64,000 bases of DNA from Octopus bimaculoides (lineage: Eukaryota), in the NCBI RefSeq assembly GCF_001194135.2, contig NC_068984.1:56579093-56643092 (forward strand), read 5' to 3'. The notes under the pieces are model-generated. The model was not told the origin of the DNA, did not search any database, and saw only the letters and a program-made list of their open reading frames with translations. Position 1 is the stretch's first letter. Each line of letters starts with the position of its first letter. Shown here piece by piece: positions 1 through 13,620 of the stretch. The position numbers were made by a program, and so were the translations under genes.

Positions 1-116
1 GTACCTGGCTTTAAAAGATGAGTACTTGGGCTGATCAGTTTGACTAAAATTCTTTAATGTGGTGTCCCAGCATGGCTGCAGTCTAATGACTGAAACAAGT
101 AAAAGAATAAAAGAAT
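1..116 (+). mobile_element. 3' end of SINE family A (tRNA/CORE-type), cut by the window edge
   Basis: Ends '...ccagcatggctgcagtctaatgactgaaacaagtaaaagaataaaaga', the reverse complement of the tails of the full copies at 21190 and 45222. Confidence 0.8.
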
Positions 117-217
117 ATATGTATATATGATGGCAGTCCACTTGTGACAAAGGAAGACCATCATTGACCATTAAGAACATTGTGCACCCAGACAGAATTA
201 TACTTACAATGTACACA

Positions 218-607
218 TTGTTGTTGTTGGCACTCCGTCGCTTACGACGTCGAGAGTTCCAGTTGATCCGATCAACAGAACAGCCTTCTCATGAAATTAA
301 CGTGCAAGTGGCTGAGCACTCCACAGACACGTATACCCTTAACGTAGTTCTCGAAGATATTCAGCGTGACACAGTGTGACAAGGCTGACCCTTTGAATTA
401 CAGGTACAACAGAAACAGGAAGTAAGAGTGAGAGAAAGTTGTGGTGAAAGAGTACAGCAGGGTTCGCCACCATCCCCTGCCGGAGCCTCGTAGAGCTTTT
501 AGGTGTTTTCGCTCAATAAACACTCACAATGCCCGGTCTTAGAATCGAAACCGCGATCCTATGACCGCGAGTCCGCTGCCCTAACCACTGGGCCATTGCG
601 CCTCCAC
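218..607 (-). mobile_element. Near full-length tRNA-derived SINE family B with (AAC)n tail
   Basis: Minus strand begins 'gtggaggcgcaatggcccagtggttagggcagcggactcgcggtcataggatcgcggtttcgattc' (pol III A- and B-box-like) and ends '...gagtgccaacaacaacaa'. It is CpG-rich, suggesting a young copy. Confidence 0.85.
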
Positions 608-1039
608 TTCAATGTACACATATACACATCAAGAAATATTTGTGTGTGTAAATTGTTTTCCTAGTTTTAGTTATTGGCCTGCAACTTTGCTGTATCAACA
701 CCTTGAAGGATTCTTAGTCGATCATAATCATGCCGGTACTTATTTCAATCTGGTGCTATTAACCATTTAGGGACTTAAAGGGAAATGACATAAACAATGA
801 ACAATGCTGGTTTTCAAACCAATGCAACACAAACACACACACATGTATCACATCCCCACCCTCACACATATAGATGAGAGCTGATACTAACATCAAATCA
901 AATATGCAACCAAGAAATCAGCATTTTGTATCTTGTCACCAACACTGCCTTGTGTCCATAGATAAAACATGGAATTCAACTCATAATTACTCAATTCTAC
1001 ATATATACATAATTAAAACATCAAGTGAATTGCATGTGA

Positions 1040-1628
1040 CAACTTATTGAACTTTATCTCTGAACCACATCTCTAATTCATTCCAATCCATGTCTGGAAA
1101 TAGGATAAGGTCCTTCCTGAGACATACAGACTCATAGGGCCAGTTTCGTGGTGTATTTATTCCCCACTGGATGAGATGCCAGTCCATCACAGGATGACTC
1201 ATTATTACCAGCTGAGTGGACTGGAGCAATGTAAAATGAAGTGTTTTGCTCAAAAACACATTTTGCTCGGTCCAGGAATTGAAACCACAATCTTATGACC
1301 ATGAATCCAACACCCTTAACCATTAAGCCACATGCTTCCACCATGTCTGGAAATGCTTGAAGCTCACTGGAGAAGCTCTTGGCACCAACTCATCTCTGAC
1401 TTGAAGATAGTCAAGATCAACACCCTGAATGAGAAAAGAGCTCAACATAAAGTCAGGTCCAATTTACAATTAAATGATGGAGTCTACTACTCCAGTATCA
1501 GTGGCTGGATCTGTAAATCCCAGATCGGCCTGAATTCCCACATGAAATGACAGCAAAACATTGAACTAAGAATACTGCACAACTGTGTCTTGCTGAACTT
1601 TTATTCATTGAAGTGATGAGAGTCCAGC

Positions 1629-1688
<60 letters not shown>
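1040..1688 (+). mobile_element. 3' remnant of an RTE-type LINE, interrupted by a SINE, with (TAG)n tail
   Basis: ORF 1332-1550 ends 'SISGWICKSQIGLNSHMK', resembling the RTE C-terminal CxxCxxxCxSRIGLxSH motif. A short 3' UTR is followed by an (AGT)n tract at 1629-1688. Confidence 0.65.
1102..1340 (-). mobile_element. CORE-type SINE family C with 14-bp target-site duplication
   Basis: tRNA-like head at 1290-1340; CORE-like 'gagcaaaacacttcattttacattgctccagtccactcagctg' on the minus strand; identical flanks CCATGTCTGGAAAT at 1088-1101 and 1341-1354. Confidence 0.85.
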
Positions 1689-1689
<1 letters not shown>

Positions 1690-1879
1690 ATATAAATACA
1701 CAAATGCATATCCTTTGTTGTAGTTGCGATATCTGAACCTTTACTTCTAATTTTTAGGAGTTTTTAATGTTTTTGATTTCAGTTATAAAATGGTATAGTG
1801 GACAAAAGTATTGAATCATTATGTTAGTAATTTGGTGCGGAGTTCAAACCCACCCAAATCACAGACATATCTTTTATGA

Positions 1880-2094
1880 TTTATCCTTTACTTGTTTCAG
1901 TCATTTGACTATGGCCATGCTGGGGTACTGCATTGAAGGGTTTTAGTTGAACAGCTTAACCCCAGGACTTATTTTTTTAAAGTCTGATACTTATTCTATT
2001 GGTCTCTTTTTGCCGAACCATTAAGTTACAGGAATGTAAACACACCAATATGGTTGTCAAGTGGTGGTGGGGGACAAACACAGACACAGAGACA

Positions 2095-2125
<31 letters not shown>

Positions 2126-2290
2126 GACAGGCTTCCTTCAGTTTTTGTCTATCAAATCCACTCACAAAGCTTTGGTTGGACCAAGGCTATAGTAAAAGAC
2201 ACTTGCCAATGGTGCCATGCTGTGGGACTGAATCCAGACCCATGTGGTTGAGAGGCAAACTGCTTGCCATGCAGTAATGCCTGTGCTTAT
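1880..2290 (-). mobile_element. SINE family A, full length, with internal (TA)n
   Basis: Collinear with the copies at 21190-21595, 43030-43432 and 45222-45628: tRNA-like head, CORE-like 'ggcaagtgtcttttactatagcc', internal microsatellite and 'gactgaaacaagtaaa' tail. Confidence 0.85.
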
Positions 2291-4011
2291 ATATGTATAT
2301 ATATGTGATGCACGAGGCCCAGTTATCATGTTTTTATTCTCTCTTATATGGTTTGATTCGAGGGAGCATTTGGCCGCTGTTTCTGTAGAGCAAGAATGGA
2401 TAACCTTTTTTGTGAAACAGGCTGCATAAAACATGGCTTATCATCAGGTGTGCCATAATGCTAAAAGCAGTCTAGATAATCTTTTGTCAGCATGCTATTC
2501 AGCAAGTCCCACAAGCTGCAGTTTATCCATGACTGCTGTAGAGACTTCTTTTTTGGCTCTAGCTGGTTTAGTGTGTAGCTAGATGATCTCTGAAAACACA
2601 ATTTTTTTATTTTCTAGAGGATTAACTTCTCAATCTTTACAAAAAAACTCTCTGTACTGAAAAGTTTGTTAGAATGCAGAGTATTCCAATCTCTCTTAGA
2701 GAAGCTAAACATGTACTCACTAAAAGGTCGCACAGCCATTTTTATCAAAAATTCATTGTGTAGTTCATTAATATATGTTACCAATATTTTTGCAAGTTAA
2801 GACAGACAAATTCAGATCTATTGGTGTTTGTGTAGAGTATAAACAGTTATAAACTACTATTCTCTCTGTTGTTGAGAAAATGAATAATTGACCTCTGAGG
2901 AAGAAGACACTGGAAGTAGTTGGGCCATTCTCATTTTCCTGGTCAGAGAGGGAAAAAAATACATATAGTTTAGCCACAATATCTACTTCTCACTGCAAGG
3001 CTAAACTTTTTTTTACTTACTAAGAATACACACTAATAAACCTACTTTACAATTCTGTTTATCCTTCCCAGTTACCAAAAAAAAAGAAAAAAAATTATGT
3101 GTGGCGCATCTATTAATCAATTCCAACATAAACTCCCTTACTTACACAACGACAGCCGAAGCCAAAACGATAAATAAGAAATTTGAGATTTTGAAAATAT
3201 CCTCCTACTTTTACAAGTCCAATTAAAATATACACACAAGTTTAAGAAAACAGTGAAATGTTTTCGTCTTGTAAGATGTTACGTATCTCGTGCATATTGC
3301 CTGCACCAAATTAAATGCATTTAATGCACTCGTTAAAGAAGGTACATGATTAATTGGAAAGTATCTTTATGGAAATTTCCACTTGCACTGAATAACTGGC
3401 TATTAATGGTAAAAAATGTTCAGCACATGTCAGTGTCCTGATATTCATCTTTTTCAAGTTTGCAGTTAACTACTCCTCCCACCTGTATCTCTATTAATGT
3501 TTATGGTTTGGGAATGGGATTTGGTAATTCATTGATAAATATACTAGCAAAATATAAAATATACACAAGGAAGTTTCTTTTTAACTTCTTTCCTTAGCAT
3601 CCTGTTTTCTGTTAGAACCAGCCCCCAAAGGGTGTTGATAGTTCATTTCAGTGTTTCGTATTGCTATTAAAAATAAGATAAATATATTTTAACTGTGTGA
3701 AAAAAGTATATATCATCCTAATGCTTTGTTAGATTTACTCCTGTTTTGAAAAATGGTATAAGTTTGTGTATTTCCCAAGTATAAAGTACACAAGCTCCTA
3801 TATATGTAGATGTATGAAATATAATTTGCAACATGACAGAAGCTACTACTGAAATGATTTCTTCAACTATTGTTTTGACATATGTATTTGGTCTTTTTAC
3901 TCTACTTAAAATTTTCTCCTACTTCATTTTGTAACTGTCACTTCTTTAGCTCTGAGTTTCAGTTGTCAGAAGAATTCATGGCTAATTTCTGAAGAGATTC
4001 AAATAAAGTGA

Positions 4012-4243
4012 CGTATTTAGTATTTAAACTGGCCATATCCAGATCAAATATTCTACCTGTTTTATGTTTAAACTGACCAGATCTGGCCTTTCACACCTAC
4101 CCTACAATGTCGTTCTAAAACTAAATAGTCATGTCATCATCAAAATCTTGAAGTTACATGATAATGCATGATTAATTCAATTCAAAATAATGTGAATAAA
4201 TAATCATTACATTTGACAGAGTAATCTGAATGCTAAATGGTTC
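4012..4243. mobile_element. TTAA-type (piggyBac-like) MITE, left end degraded
   Basis: Same family as 33630-33819 in the opposite orientation (shared 'gataatgcatg...ttcaaaataatgtgaataaataa'); right end 'aatgctaaatgg ttca'. Confidence 0.6.
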
Positions 4244-5479
4244 AGTTATGAAAAAAGTTAAGAAGTGATGTAGTGAATGATGTATGCAAAAAATTCTTAG
4301 TTAATTGAAATTTCCCTTAGTTGGAGAAAAATACAAAACTTAGTAGTAACAATTTGTAACTCTAAAAGAAAGGGGGAAATAAATTCATGAAATTTACATG
4401 CTTAGGAGAAAATCTGATCTTCACTTGAAGGCAAAGGAACAAATAAGGACTTTAGTCTTATTGGGCTTCACTGGCATCACATAGTCTACTCAAGCCTACT
4501 TTGATCAGTTGAAAGAAATTTTTCCATATAATGAATTATGAAGTTTTTGCACATAGGATAGACATATCGTTGAGAACAATGGGCTTCATTGGTGCTACTG
4601 TGATATCTCTATTCTAGCCTTTGATGAAGTAGAAGAGGTTATAAGGGTCAAGTGGTGAAGACATTATTTTGGCCTAGCTAAAGGCAATCTGGCAAATATA
4701 AAACTACTGTCAGAGAAAAACCATTGTTCCACCATGAGAAAAGTTGTGTTAATTTAAATTTGGCTATGGTGGATCGAATCCACTTCATGCTTGCAAGATT
4801 CACTACAAGGTGATACACTGAATGATCTAAGTAAAAAATACTCAAGTTAACAGATCCTTACTATTAGGAGTTAGTTCTGTTTTTGCAATTATTATCAGTC
4901 TGGTTTTTGACATATGTTGTTAAATTATGGCTAAGATGTTTTATTTGTTTATGAACCCAAAGTAGAAACATTCTAATTTTGTGTGTGTATTCCAGAACAA
5001 GAACATAGATTTTTATAAATGACCGTTTTTTTTTAAACAGCCCAAATTAAATTTGCAGAAAAGAATTGTTAATGAATAAGAATCTAAATTTTAAAAATAG
5101 ATATGTAAATAACTTCTGAATATTGAACCTCTCCTTGTCTCAATAGCTTTAAGTAAAAATGAAAATGGAGACTCTTATCTGTATTTGATTTATACAGCAA
5201 AGTTATAGTCATCATCTATCAACGTGTATCAAGCATGACAATGGAAATATCATGTATCTTCTAAATAACCTGTTGTGAGCTGTGTTTTTGTTAGCTGGTC
5301 TGTGGTGATGACTGGTTGAGTTGATGAATGGAAATGTGTTTCTTGGGCTGCATGAAGAAGAAACTGACAACACCTGCGAACAATTAACAGAAAAGTTTAT
5401 TATTATACATTGAGTTTGGTCTTTTACAAATAATAACAATAATTACAAAGTAGGAGAGACATACTGCTTGGAGTTTACA

Positions 5480-6240
5480 ACAAGCATACTGATATAGGAA
5501 TCTGTGGCTGGCCCACTATAGCTGGAAATAATTGCACTATATTCATGGCGACAGAGATTCCCGTCGACTATCTGCCATCTTTCTTAACTGTCTGGTTGTG
5601 ACGAGAATGGAGACACAATGTACAGCTGCCTCAACATTCTGCAAGGCAAGAGGTGATATGTGTGAATGAGTTGGCTGGTCTCAACGCTCTACAAAGAGTT
5701 TAGGCACCAAAAGTTGTTTTTTATAGGGTACAAAGAGAAAATTCTAGAAGATTGACTCATGCAATGGCTTGACACAGATTAGTTGCTTAATAGACTAATC
5801 GTGTGAAACTATTGTGGTTTGATCATGATGCATGATCAGTTACCTAATGGTTAGGTTTCAAATCACCACTACAAACTTTGATGTGGTATTGTTTAGTTAT
5901 TATATCTTTGAAAGCTAATAATGCCTGGAGTCACTGCCCTTCGCAGGAATATTGTGGCTGTTGGGGTTTACACTTTCATCCACCTTTAACTGCAAGTAGC
6001 TCTAAGAAGATTCATTTGAGTCTTTGCTGTTGTCTCTTGCATGTAGAAGTTTAAATGCACAGGTCTCTGATATCCAAGTGTCAGCAGAAGGGCACTCAGG
6101 AGCCATGACCTGGATGCAGCCTGGCCCCTTTACAGTGTAAGAGGTTAAGGGCCAAAACACTTGCCTGCGGTAGGTTTCTTCTCTGAAGATCTGCTGTTCA
6201 GCTCTCTTGAAAGTTTTATACCACTTAATGAGTCAATGAG
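5480..6240. repeat. Unclassified GC-richer interspersed repeat remnant
   Basis: Abrupt rise in GC and some CpGs over background, with no intact ORF. It may be a retroelement 5' region but I could not assign it. Confidence 0.3.
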
Positions 6241-7094
6241 TGAGCATATACATGTTTCTATAATTCATAACAAATAGCAACCAAATCCCCTTTAAACCAT
6301 ACCCTATGCTCTTAAAAAGGCTAAGACATATTGAATGAGGTAGTCTTAGTATATTATACCTTAAAACATGACAGATGGTCTTGGCTGCAATGTTTTTGAT
6401 CTCAGACCTTAATCAGTATTGACTTGGAATTAAAAACACAACAATTAATATATTTGTATACTAGATTTGTATGTATTGACTATATTATACATATTGTGCA
6501 TATCCAGGGTTTAGAACAGGTTACCATGTCCCTACATATCATAGGAGATAACTATAACTAAAAGTTTGGTAACAGGAAGGGCATCCAGCCATAAAATATC
6601 ATTCAACCTATGCCAGCATGAAAAAGTAGATTTAAGATATGGACAATGATCTGTCTATTCTACATTTCTGCACTATTTATATTTAAAAAGATAATTATAC
6701 AAACCTACAAAGAAGCCTGTATGTGATTGTTTTATAAGCCATAAAGTACAGTTAATTTCTCTCAAATCACACACCACAGTCTTAAAAAGAAGCAGATGTG
6801 AGGAAAGGGAATGGTCATGGCTGGAAAACCTCATTCATAGGACTGCTTGATTAAGGCTGACCTGGGGCTATATTTGAACAACAAATATACAAGTATATGT
6901 TACACATGATATACAAGGGACACTATGGGAGACACATAGCCATAGATACTTTGTATGCTATTATATTATATTATATATATGTATGTATTTGTGTGAGTAT
7001 ATGTGTGTAAAACAGCAGCAAGTAAAGAAACTTGGATAACTATTAGTGATGTTTCTTTATTAAGTTTCTTGCTTGTCATATATAACTGTGTGTC

Positions 7095-7510
7095 TGTATG
7101 TGGGTATGCATAGATGGCTGTCTATTTAAGAAGTTCACTTACCAACAAGATGGTTTTTGTTTCAGTCTCACTGCATGGTACTGTGGGCATGTGTTTCTAT
7201 AAGTTCCTGACTGACCAAAGTCTTGTTAATGGATTTGATAGATGGACACTGACTTGATGGCTTGTCATGTATATGTGTGTCCTTGTTTTGACATAACCAG
7301 ATAGTCAAATAGTCATAGCCTGATAGTCATAACCTGATACAAATGGTGTTGAATGTTACTAATCTTTTGTGAAATCATTTCTGGCCTTGGAGAAATATTA
7401 CCTTACTTGGACACCAGTAAGGGTTTCTGACAGGAAGAGCTTCTGGCTGTTAAAAATCTGTCTTAAAGAATTTCATTTGATCCATACAAGCATGGGAAAA
7501 GTGGAGGTAA
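7095..7510 (+). mobile_element. Degraded tRNA/CORE SINE carrying an RTE-type 3' tail
   Basis: Head and CORE resemble family A ('gatggctgtctatttaagaagttcacttaccaac...gggcatgtgtttctat'). The 3' part 'aggaagagcttctggctgttaaaa...ccatacaagcatgggaaaagtggagg' resembles the RTE 3' UTR. Confidence 0.55.
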
Positions 7511-7559
7511 CATGGTTTTATATATATATATATATATATATACATATATATTTATAAGA

Positions 7560-7760
7560 TGCCATGTAAAAACATTGGTGTGGGTGCTGGTGCCGCATAA
7601 AAAGCATCCACTATACTCTGTAGAGTGACTAACATTAGAAAGGGCATCCAGCCATAGAAACCAAGCCAACCTGGTGCAGTCCCTGGCCTGACCAGTTTCT
7701 ATGAAGCATGGAAAATGGACGCTAAATTTTGATGATGATGACGATGATTACGATGATGGT
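7560..7760 (+). mobile_element. 5'-truncated RTE 3' UTR copy with (GAT)n tail
   Basis: 'ttagaaagggcatccagccatagaaacc...gcatggaaaatggacgctaaattttgatgatgatg'. Confidence 0.7.
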
Positions 7761-7761
7761 G

Positions 7762-7957
7762 ATGGCTTTCGTGCCAGTGGCACGTAAAAGCACCCACTAC
7801 ACTTTCGGAGTGGTTTGCATTAGGAAGGGCATCCAGCTGTAGAAACTCTGCCAAATCAGATTGGAGCCTGGTGTAGCCATCTGGTTCACCAGTCCTCAGT
7901 CAAATTGTTCAACCCATGCTAGCATGGAAGGCAGACGTTAAACGATGATGATGATGA
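7762..7957 (+). mobile_element. 5'-truncated copy of the same RTE family as 35723-36909
   Basis: About 90% identical by eye to the reverse complement of 35723-35900 ('gggcatccagctgtagaaactctgcc...ccatgctagcatggaa..gacgttaaacgatgatgatg'). Confidence 0.85.
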
Positions 7958-10750
7958 GCTGAACGTTGCACATTAGTTTTGAAATATATGGTACATGTTT
8001 TATAAATTGGTGCTGAAATTAACCTTATTTTGATATTTAATGTATAACTGCTTAGTTGGAAAATAGAATTGTATAGAGAATATCTTTCTCAAAGATGCTG
8101 TCTACTTAAAATAAAATAGTTAAATTAGAGTTAATATATTTAATACTAAGAGGATTAGAAAGCTAACTCAAAATCAATGTGTGATGAAGTGAAAAAAGAA
8201 ATAATGATTAGTCATTCTCAGAGTTATTTTAATTACTTTGGCAAATACAAATAACAACTCCAGAAATGTTTTAGTTTTCTTATGACTATCAGCAAAACAT
8301 AGACTTCACTGTACTTACTGAAGTGGTGATAAGAGACCAGGCAAATATAGAAGAAAACTCATTGGTTAGCGTAGTAAAATTTCTTTAAGACTAAATTACT
8401 CAGAGTAGCTACTCACATGGAAAACAATAGTTGTTCCCTATACTTGCTAAAATAATTAAAATAATATTAATGTCTAATTATGTCTATTTTCTCCTCTTCA
8501 TTTAATTATTTCTAGTTAAGTTTTTAATTTATTATTTCCTGCATTAAATATGTTAACATTAACTATTGTTGTTCATGCAGTTATTGCAAACTACTCTATT
8601 TTCTATAAACACCAGTGTAGATTTTTCTCTATTGATTCTCTCATCACTATTTTGGTAACTATGGTGAATCTATGCTTCATTAATGAGGTCATAATAGGGC
8701 AGAAACATGTCCAGATCTATCTCTTATACTTAATTATTTGTCAATGAATCATATTTTTGTTTTTCTTACTACATCAGCATTTTTGCTAGTGTTTTGATGC
8801 TTTCTGCTTTAAATACATTAACACTAACTTAACCACAGCTTTAAACATCACATTATTTAAGTAGAAGAGAAAAATTAATATTTCAAATCAAATTTTTTTT
8901 TATAATAGATTTGTTAGAAAGATTACCATTCTCTCTCCACATTACAATTTTTCACTTTAGCTGACTATATTTTACCAACATTCTCAACTCCAATCCTACC
9001 CTACTCCTCTGTATCCCCTTTCTCTTGCACTTCATCTTTGGTAAAATTGATGACAGTACATATATAATATGTTTTTTGTTTTTTTCTTTTTACATTTGAA
9101 TTAAAGTTCAGTAATTCTTTAAAAGATACTGTTACACTTCAGAGCCAGCAATCTGCTGTTGTAGATAACAACCTTTCTAAATATATTTTTACTTAATATC
9201 TACTTAGTACTACAAGCTATTTTACTGCAGATAAGTTTTTGCTGCAAGTCTAGAAAGTCTGTCTGGAAGATGTTAATGAGGTTGTTGATGAGGATGATGG
9301 TGACATAGCAAGCTTTGTTGGTGGTAATTTGCATTCACATAATTTTTCTTACATTTTAAGATAATCAATTAGTGACATTAAGAAGTTTAAAAATATGTAA
9401 AACGACAGAGGTTTATAAAGCATGTAAATTAATGTCCTAAAGGGACATTTGAAAGGAAGTTGAAAACAATCTAAGTAATTACTGTTGAGGACTAGATATT
9501 TATTTTTGATTTGGAATTTAGGAAACACTATGAGTTAGTACTGAGGTAAGCATGTTGGAATACAAATTCAGAGTTTTCAGTTTTTTTATCAGCTGACTTT
9601 CTTCAGTTACCAAATTCAGGGTTCCCTACATTCTATCAAATTTATTCTTTTAACTACTTTTGAATAAATATTATGCACTTGTTTTGGGCAAGACACTAAA
9701 CTGCATCTAGTAGTGAGGATCCAGCTTATGAGTTCAGAAGTTTGGAAGAGAAACAAGTTAACCTTTAGTCTTCACTTCTTCCAGTTCTGCTCTTCCTGGG
9801 GTGATAGTAGCACTTATCAAGGACCCACTTGTTGGTTAGGTAACAGATAATACCCCTGTGGTTAAAGCATGCAAGACTTGGAGGATACCAAGACATATAT
9901 CACACAGGTTCACAGATGTGTCAATATATCCTCATGTTGTATGAACCAGTTCCCCTACCTAATATTACAGATATTTAGAGTCAATTGATATAAACTGCCA
10001 AATTAATAACATTTTTGGTTTAGCAGTTGAGTGGTAGAAAGCTTTCAGCTTTATTTTAAACTCAAACTGCTTCAGAGTGTTGATAATGCATCAAAAATAT
10101 CTTAATCACATGAAAGACACTCTGAAGCTAATTGTATTGAAATTTAAGAATTAAAATCTGTGACTAAATTACTACATAAGCTCGGGAGTGCTTCAGTGGG
10201 GTCCACTCTATCACATTCATTGAGACTAGATCTGAGACTAACTTAATATCTTGATGTGCTGCTTTCCATTGCATTTTATTTTATGTTGAAAGGACATTGG
10301 TGTATAAAATGAATCGAACTCAGCTGTAAATGTGGTTCACCATGAATTTAACATCTAAACTATAGCACTTAATGTGGCAAAGAAATCAATATAGTTAAGA
10401 TTACATGAGTGACTGATTAATTTTTAAGTTTGTCAACTTAAAGCTCATTATTACAATGTTCACAAGAAGCTTCATGTAGCCTGCAATACATATGCTTTTC
10501 TCTGATATAACTTTCAACTAGATTAAAGAAACCTCTCTAGCAAAGAAGAGCAATATTCTTGTCAAGAGTCTGTACTTATAGAATCCAGTTGTGAAGATTG
10601 GATTAAAAATAATCTTTGGCAACAACATTTGAGATGCTGAATGTCTGACTCTGCTCCCCCTCTCTCCTACATAATAATGCAGTTACAGAACAAATATTTT
10701 TATCATAGCTACATTTATTTTACGCTCTGACAGACTTTAATAACACGCAT

Positions 10751-10877
<127 letters not shown>

Positions 10878-11269
10878 CTTCACAATGTTGTTTAGCTCTA
10901 GGATGATTTTGACTTACAATTCAAGGCCTTCCAGCTATATCTATACTGTTGTTTTTTTTTTGTTAGAAAGTGCCTCCAGAACTCCATTATCTAAAGTATT
11001 CCTCTTTTGTGATGGTTGGGTGGAATTTGAGGGGAATTTGGCAGCCATATTTAGCATATGGCATGCTGTCTCATTAGAAAATCATATTATGAAACTGTGT
11101 CTCTTGTAAAAACACCAACCTAACTTTAATAGACCAGTGTACTTAGTTTTACAGAAGCACTTTAGGAGTTGTAAATAACAAGATCAGTATATAAAAGATG
11201 AGTATCTTGTAAGCTTGCTGTACTTCGTTGAAATCCATCTTTTGCCCTGAAGAAACAAATAGGAAACTA

Positions 11270-11700
11270 TTTTGTTGTTTACACCATTGGATCACTATAT
11301 GAAGATATGTTTTCAGTCATGCAGTCATATCTCAGTTGAGATATATAAGAATGTGCATGGATGATAGAGCACAAAAGAGCTGAGAAAAAAACTGAGTATA
11401 AAGAGAATCTAATTTTTTGTGCAAGAGAGAAGACTGAGCTCATACAGTCTTATGATGTATGTGAAGGACGACACTTGTATAAAGAAGTGCCATAGGATCC
11501 AAGTGAAAGGAACCTGTGGAAAGAGCAGATTGAGGAAGACACAGGAAGAAGTGGTGAAATCTGATGCCAGGAAGCTGAACCTCATAAAGGAGATGACAAA
11601 AGACTACAAGTAGTGAGGCACTGTACTGGAGAAGACATGTTCAACTCATACAAGCACAGCTAAATGTAAAATGATGATGGTGGTGGTGGTGGTGGTGGTG
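11270..11700 (+). mobile_element. RTE LINE ORF2 C-terminal remnant with (GAT/GGT)n tail
   Basis: 'QERRLSSYSLMMYVKDDTCIKKCHRIQVKGTCGKSRLRKTQEEVVKSDARKLNLIKEMTKD' matches the RTE pattern RRLRWYGHVxR...GRGRPRKTWxEVVxxD. Confidence 0.8.
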
Positions 11701-13229
11701 TGTGTGTGTATGCGTGTATGAAGTAAATTTTATCTTGGGTGACAATTGTTGGTTTATTGATTTGATTGATATTATTAGTGTCTGTGTATTTTGCACATGT
11801 GAGAAAGACCTGTATAAGCAATTTATAAGTAGCTTTACTGCAAAGTAAGATTCTTGTGCTTCACAAGTGCTGCTTGAAATTTAAGTTTTAAAATTCTTTG
11901 TAGTTTGACCTGCATGATAGAGATAGTAGGGACATAAACTTGAAGTTTTAGCATATATGAAGTTTAATTATTGCAGTTTTATCTTCTGTTATAATTTCAT
12001 TCATGTTTAGAATGTGTAATAAAAAATCCTAATTGAAGTTGGCTGTTACTTTGTTTATTGACTAGAAAAGTATGAAAGGCAAAGTTGACCTTAGTATGAT
12101 TTGTACTCAGAATGTAAAAGGCCATAACTAAATACTACAAGGCTTTTTCTCTCTGACTTCTCCAATAAGTCTGCCATTTTCCACTAGGTTTGATTTGACC
12201 TTTAATCCCTCTGAGTTTGTTAAAATAGGCATTAATAATGAATTAAGATTGATTATATTGAGTATAACTACTCCCTTGAGTAAATGCTATGTGTTCTCAT
12301 CATCATAGTCATTGCCATCATTATTTTATTATGGTCGATAGACATGTACTTGCTGTCTTCTACTGAGGCAAAAGTGATCATTTATTCTGAACATGAAGTT
12401 AGTTATTTCTGTGTAAATTATGTTGAAAAGATATTAAGATATTAAACATTGTTTCAGATTGTCATATAATCATGTGTCATTGATCAATGCATTCTATCAC
12501 CTACAGGCAAATTGTTAGATAGAGAGAGAAATATCTTATTTCACAATCAAAGATATTACAATTCTACTTCACTTATTTGTTTTAGAACTGAGAGGCAAGG
12601 ACTGTAAAATCAGATTTAGAAAAATGTTTTAAATTTATGATGTTTTTTTATGAATATTGATGAAATATTTTTGTGAATTGGTTAGTTGTTTTTGACTGAA
12701 AATTTTTCTTTGGTAATTTGATGCTAGTTTATAATGGTACCATTTAGATGGTTTGGTGTCAAGTTTCTTTGTTGCTTACTTTGTTGCATCACCTTTTAAA
12801 TAATCTGTATGAATGACATCCTGATGGTTGACAGAATATCATTTTGTTTTGAGGTTCCCCTTTCTTGTTATAACCTTACAAGTATGTAGCATACCTTCTC
12901 TTTTCCGTAGAACATTGTTCAACTCATATAACTGGTTTCTTAACATTTCAATCAATAGGGTAGCTTTCATTGACTAATTTCCTACAAGAATTTGATCCTT
13001 GATGAAGTGTGGTTCTCAGATGGTCTTATCGATTTAAATATAAATAATGTTTTTGAATTGAGAACCAATTATTTTAAGATAAATTTTGGAACAAAATTTT
13101 ATTGTGATCTTATTGATCACTGAAACAGATCGTTTTATTGTTACAAGAATGATCTTATAATAATTGATTCCTGATTCAAAAGATTGCATACTTTTGAAAT
13201 TGTGTACAATTGATCAGGAAAGGAAAAAA

Positions 13230-13620
13230 AATTAAAAGCAATAATTGACAGTTATACACAAACACTCTACCAAGTTTAAGTAATGCTGACATTGGAGTAC
13301 TTCTCAAATATATGAAAGTAATACTTCTGCATCCATGCAGAAGCATCCTAGATTGCATACAAGAGAAGATAGTTAAACTGATTGGCAATAATTCACTCAC
13401 CAATACAGTATAATCACTAACAGATGTGTCTTTTCCTCTCTTTGTATCTTCTGTTGCTACCATACTGCCTCTGTTTTTCTGAACTAGTTAACTCCTTACA
13501 TTCCATTCCTTAACTCATCTCCTTTCTATCACCGAGTTCCAGACCTTACACTAAATACTTCCCTCTCTGTCCACTGATCTACAAATGTGTAGGAAAGCCT
13601 ACAATTGTCTTATGCACTGC
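13230..13620 (+). mobile_element. Degenerate CR1/Jockey-group LINE RT C-terminal fragment
   Basis: Manual translation gives 'YQV*VMLTLEYFSNI' and 'ILDCIQEKIVKLIG', resembling YKAQVRPxLEYCSHIW...LLDxIQxxAxRLI. Confidence 0.55.

Noticed and set aside
540-607. tRNA-like sequence (also in other SINE heads)
   Set aside because: It has A/B boxes but continues into a SINE body with no complete acceptor stem, so it is a SINE head, not a tRNA gene.
9231-9323. Exon-like segment encoding an acidic peptide (LEDVNEVVDEDDGDIASF)
   Set aside because: All frames from the good acceptor are closed, and the GAT-rich part looks like a decayed RTE (GAT)n tail.
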